From contig OZ250150.1 in assembly GCA_965237675.1 (NCBI GenBank), forward strand, positions 352,001-416,000: DNA of 64,000 bases, written 5' to 3'. The position numbers were made by a program, and so were the translations under genes. Each line of letters opens with the position of its first letter. Positions within the stretch are counted from its first letter, which is position 1. This document shows, one piece after another, positions 60,767-64,000 of this stretch. The stretch is from Candidatus Latescibacterota bacterium (GTDB taxonomy: Bacteria; Latescibacterota; UBA2968; GCA-2709665). The notes under the pieces were generated by a model. That model searched no databases. It saw only the letters and a program-made list of their open reading frames with translations, and was not told the DNA's origin.

Positions 60767-61082
60767 TTACCTGCGCCGGTATGCGGGTATCGTCACGAAA
60801 GCATCATGCACCGTGCGCTTTCTGAAGCGGAAAACAGAAAAGCGCCTGAATTTTCAACGATCCGTGACCGGTCCGCAATATTCTCGTAAGATTTTTCTTT
60901 TTGTTAACGGATCGGCGACAGGAACCGACGCAGCCCTCGCGGGATTTCCCGCGCACACGCTGAACGAACCCGCATTTGCCTCCGGCTATATGTACGTAGC
61001 GGTGGTACGTCCCAAGCCATTTTCGTTACGTGACCCCGGTTCGCACGACGTGGATTTTTCTTCGAACCAGGCTGAAAATCAC

Positions 61083-61126
61083 TTGACAAAGTTGATATCA
61101 TCCATAAATTGCTGTCATTATGACAG
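61083..61126 (+). promoter_or_regulatory. Promoter plus palindromic operator of the GntR gene
   Basis: TTGACA-16 nt-TAAATT, then palindrome CTGTCAT-T-ATGACAG (61112-61126). Confidence 0.65.
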
Positions 61127-61146
61127 AAGTGAAGCGGTCCGTCAAT

Positions 61147-61884
61147 ATGGACGAATTGAAACCGGTCTCCAGGGAGACGCTTGCAGACCAGGTTGTGTTT
61201 ATCTTAAAACGCTTTATTCTGGCCGAGAGACTCAATAAAGGCGATAGGCTGCCACCCGAACGGACCCTGGCAGCCAATCTGGGCGTCAGCTATCGGGTCA
61301 TTCGCGAGGCTCTGGCCGTTCTTGTCGGTGAAGGCGCCGTTACAAGGGAGCAGGGGCGCGGTACATTTGTCAGAACCGTGGACACCAACCCTCTCGAAAA
61401 CGGCCATCTCGATGTTTTCCCATCCATCTCCAACCGCACGGACATTTATGCGCTGCGCATTTCCGTCGAGATGGCGGCGGTCGGCATAGCGGCCGAAAAT
61501 GCGACGGAAGAAGACCTGGCGCATCTTAAGGCAATTGCCGACTTCAAGGCGCTGGACCTCGACCAGGGTATGATGGCGTATGAAATTCGCTTTCATCGCG
61601 CCCTGTTGCGGGCAACGCATAACCCGGTGCTGCAACGATGTGCAGACCTCATTACCGAGGCGTTGCGCCTGAAAGCCTACGATATAGACAGCCCTGTTTT
61701 TGGCGAGCGCCTGTCTGCTCGAGATTCCGGAAGGATTGCCGTAGCCGAGCATCGGGAAATTGTCAACGCGCTTTATGCACGGGATGGCGAGAAGGCGACT
61801 GCGATTATGTATAATCAGATGGCCAGCGTCCGCGCCCTGATCCTTGCTCTGGAGGTAAAAAATGATCACGCTGGCCATCAATGA
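61147..61884 (+). CDS. GntR family (FadR subfamily) transcriptional regulator
   Basis: GDRLPPERTLA..LGVS..VIREAL..QGRGTFV; FCD motifs FH, HN, EH. Start at 61147 preferred because 61120 lies inside the operator. Confidence 0.92.
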   Translation: MDELKPVSRETLADQVVFILKRFILAERLNKGDRLPPERTLAANLGVSYRVIREALAVLVGEGAVTREQGRGTFVRTVDTNPLENGHLDVFPSISNRTDIYALRISVEMAAVGIAAENATEEDLAHLKAIADFKALDLDQGMMAYEIRFHRALLRATHNPVLQRCADLITEALRLKAYDIDSPVFGERLSARDSGRIAVAEHREIVNALYARDGEKATAIMYNQMASVRALILALEVKNDHAGHQ

Positions 61885-62219
61885 AAGCCGAACATCAGAA
61901 ATTACCCGTAGACAACGGACAACCACTGGTGTTCTGTCCATGAAATAGATTGCCGAAATTCGGCCGATCAGAAGCAGCAAAAACAGCTCTCAGCCGTCAG
62001 CTTGAACCAAAAACCCAATCAGTTGACATCAGCGCCGTGAAGAGACGAGACCAGAACGGGCGCAGCGAGACGGGATGAATCGGCGGATGAATAGTAACAT
62101 ATTTCTGGGACGGGACACTGCGAGGAGGTGATAGACCGAAAGGATTGAGGGATGTTTTGCAAAAGGGCACCGGGGAGTCCGGATGTCGCGTGTGACATCG
62201 GAACAAAAGGAGGTTGTGT

Positions 62220-62936
62220 ATGCGAAACGTTGTGCTGGTATGTATTGCAGCGGCAATTCTGCTGTTCTCGGCAGGAGCGGTCTATGCGGGCGATGTGGGC
62301 GGCAGTTGGGGGATCGGGACGTTCCTGGATTATAACCGGTCGATCTTCAAGCTGAAAGACTGGTACGAAACCGGCCGTGGCGAGGTCGGGGTCGTTTTCA
62401 CCTACGTGATGAGCCAGAGGACCAGCGTGGAGATGGAGTTTCACCGGTCCAAATTCGACAACGGAAAGCTGGAAGACCGCCCGTTTACGTGGCCGGTGGA
62501 CGGGAAAGCGTATATGTCCCCCAATGCGGTGAGCGAGATGCGGATCAGCAGCTTTCTGGTCAACGCGGTCGTCCGGCGCGGGGGCATGGGTATCCTGGCT
62601 AAAGAGAACTATTCCACGTATGTAACCGTCGGCGCCGGGTTTTACGACTACAGGACGGATGTACGCGGACTGATCTTTCCCGGCCAGCGCGAGGCGCCAA
62701 TAAACAAGGAGCTTGTGATAGATCCTTTCAGCGATTCGCGCACGGCGCTGGGGGCGAACGTGGGCGTGGGTGTCGAGGCGTTTGTGTTCGACAACATTTC
62801 GCTGGATGTACGTGCCCGATACAATCTCCTGCTCGGCGAGTTGAGGCCTATGGAAGCGTGGAATCTCGACGGCCAGACCTTTCCGATGCAGTTCTTGAAT
62901 GCGCGCGGCGGCATCCGGTTTTATTTCAAGAAATAG
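62220..62936 (+). CDS. Outer-membrane beta-barrel protein
   Basis: Signal peptide; amphipathic strands; C-terminal GIRFYF; AGGAGG RBS. Confidence 0.8.
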   Translation: MRNVVLVCIAAAILLFSAGAVYAGDVGGSWGIGTFLDYNRSIFKLKDWYETGRGEVGVVFTYVMSQRTSVEMEFHRSKFDNGKLEDRPFTWPVDGKAYMSPNAVSEMRISSFLVNAVVRRGGMGILAKENYSTYVTVGAGFYDYRTDVRGLIFPGQREAPINKELVIDPFSDSRTALGANVGVGVEAFVFDNISLDVRARYNLLLGELRPMEAWNLDGQTFPMQFLNARGGIRFYFKK

Positions 62937-63025
62937 CAATTCAGTCATAACCGGTAATTGCCAGGCGGTTGGATCTCTGTTGGAGAATCTCGCAAGCGAA
63001 ATAAATGCTGCGTAAAGGAGGAACC

Positions 63026-64000
63026 ATGAGAAGGCTCAGGTTTATGACGGGCGCTGTGGCCGTGTTGTGTTCCGTGTTTTTTGTCACCAGCGCGGTAACG
63101 GCCGCGACAACCGGCAAAATCGTCGGCCGGGTGACCGACGAGCAAGGAGAGCCCCTGCCAGGGGCCAGCGTCTCAATTGAAGAAACGCGGCTGGGGGGAA
63201 CGACCGATGCGGATGGATTCTACGTCATCGTTTCCGTAACTCCCGGACAGTACAAGTTGACAGCTTCAATGGTGGGTTATCACTCGGTGGTCAAAGAGCA
63301 AGTGGCCGTGCGGGTGGACTTCACCACGACCGTAGACTTCCAGCTTCGTGAATCCGAACTGGAACTCGAGGAGATGGTGGTCGTGGCGGAAAGGCCGGCG
63401 GTCGACCCCGACAAGACGGACAGCCGTTACGTCGTAACCGCCGAGGAGATCCAGCGAACGCCCATTCTAAGGAACGTCACCGAGGTTCTGGAATTGGAGC
63501 CGGGTTATGCCGTTGACGGCAGCGGCGCCATCCGGGGTTGGGTTGCCAGCCACAACGTGGTCTACGTCGACGGCGTCCCCGTAGCGGGCAGGGACGGACG
63601 CGGCATCGGAGGGGGATGGGGCGACGGCGGCGAGAGGCAGTGGTACGGCGTCAACCTCAAGGCGGTGCAGGAGGTCTCGGTAATCACGGGCGGCATGAAC
63701 GCCGAGTACGGCAACGCGCAGGCGGGCGTCATCCAGATTGTAACGCGCGACGGCGGCGCCGACTACCACGGCGAGGGGGAGTACCGTCTCACCCCTGGCG
63801 GCAAGAAGCACTGGGGGGCGGACGTCTACGAGGCGCCGGAGTTGCGGGGGAACGCGAAGTGGAACGATCCCTCTTGGACTTCCGAGGTGGACCCCGAGAC
63901 CGGAAATCTGGTGCACCATCGAACCAATTATACAGACTGGAGAGGCCACTACCTCGACGGCTATCTGAGCGGCCCGCTATTCGGGCAGGCTTCGTTCTTC
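63026..64000 (+). CDS. TonB-dependent receptor, 5' part (runs off window edge)
   Basis: Not in ORF track. AGGAGG RBS; signal peptide; TGKIVGRVTDEQGEPLPGASV; plug motif VITGGMNAEYGNAQAGVIQIVTR. Confidence 0.9.
   Translation, partial: MRRLRFMTGAVAVLCSVFFVTSAVTAATTGKIVGRVTDEQGEPLPGASVSIEETRLGGTTDADGFYVIVSVTPGQYKLTASMVGYHSVVKEQVAVRVDFTTTVDFQLRESELELEEMVVVAERPAVDPDKTDSRYVVTAEEIQRTPILRNVTEVLELEPGYAVDGSGAIRGWVASHNVVYVDGVPVAGRDGRGIGGGWGDGGERQWYGVNLKAVQEVSVITGGMNAEYGNAQAGVIQIVTRDGGADYHGEGEYRLTPGGKKHWGADVYEAPELRGNAKWNDPSWTSEVDPETGNLVHHRTNYTDWRGHYLDGYLSGPLFGQASFF

Overview
GC-rich bacterial chromosomal window with no rRNA, tRNA, CRISPR array or intact transposase that I can support. The GWxTD/TPR protein, the TonB-receptor type, the FN3-repeat surface protein and the many Gfo/Idh/MocA, amidohydrolase and heparinase-like genes suggest a Latescibacterota/Poribacteria-like, possibly sponge-associated organism (inference only). 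Main content: a truncated FN3-repeat gene with a long structured leader; sthA, RluA family, msrB, psd and yiaK; a sialidase/creatininase/aminotransferase catabolic operon (13.9-22.6 kb); a DUF2341-LamG protein split by a 7-repeat propeller; an internally duplicated CPBP protease; a decayed accessory patch (30-32.3 kb); a 2-oxoacid dehydrogenase E1a/E1b/E2 cluster with RidA and a DSD1-like PLP enzyme; and a long uncharacterised carbohydrate-type cluster ending in GntR, a beta-barrel and a TonB-dependent receptor. Features missing from the ORF track include three MITE copies (two break a hicB and a trypsin-like gene), several REP-like repeats, and genes collapsed to fused N- and C-terminal stubs. 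All family calls come from motif recognition by eye; no searches were run.
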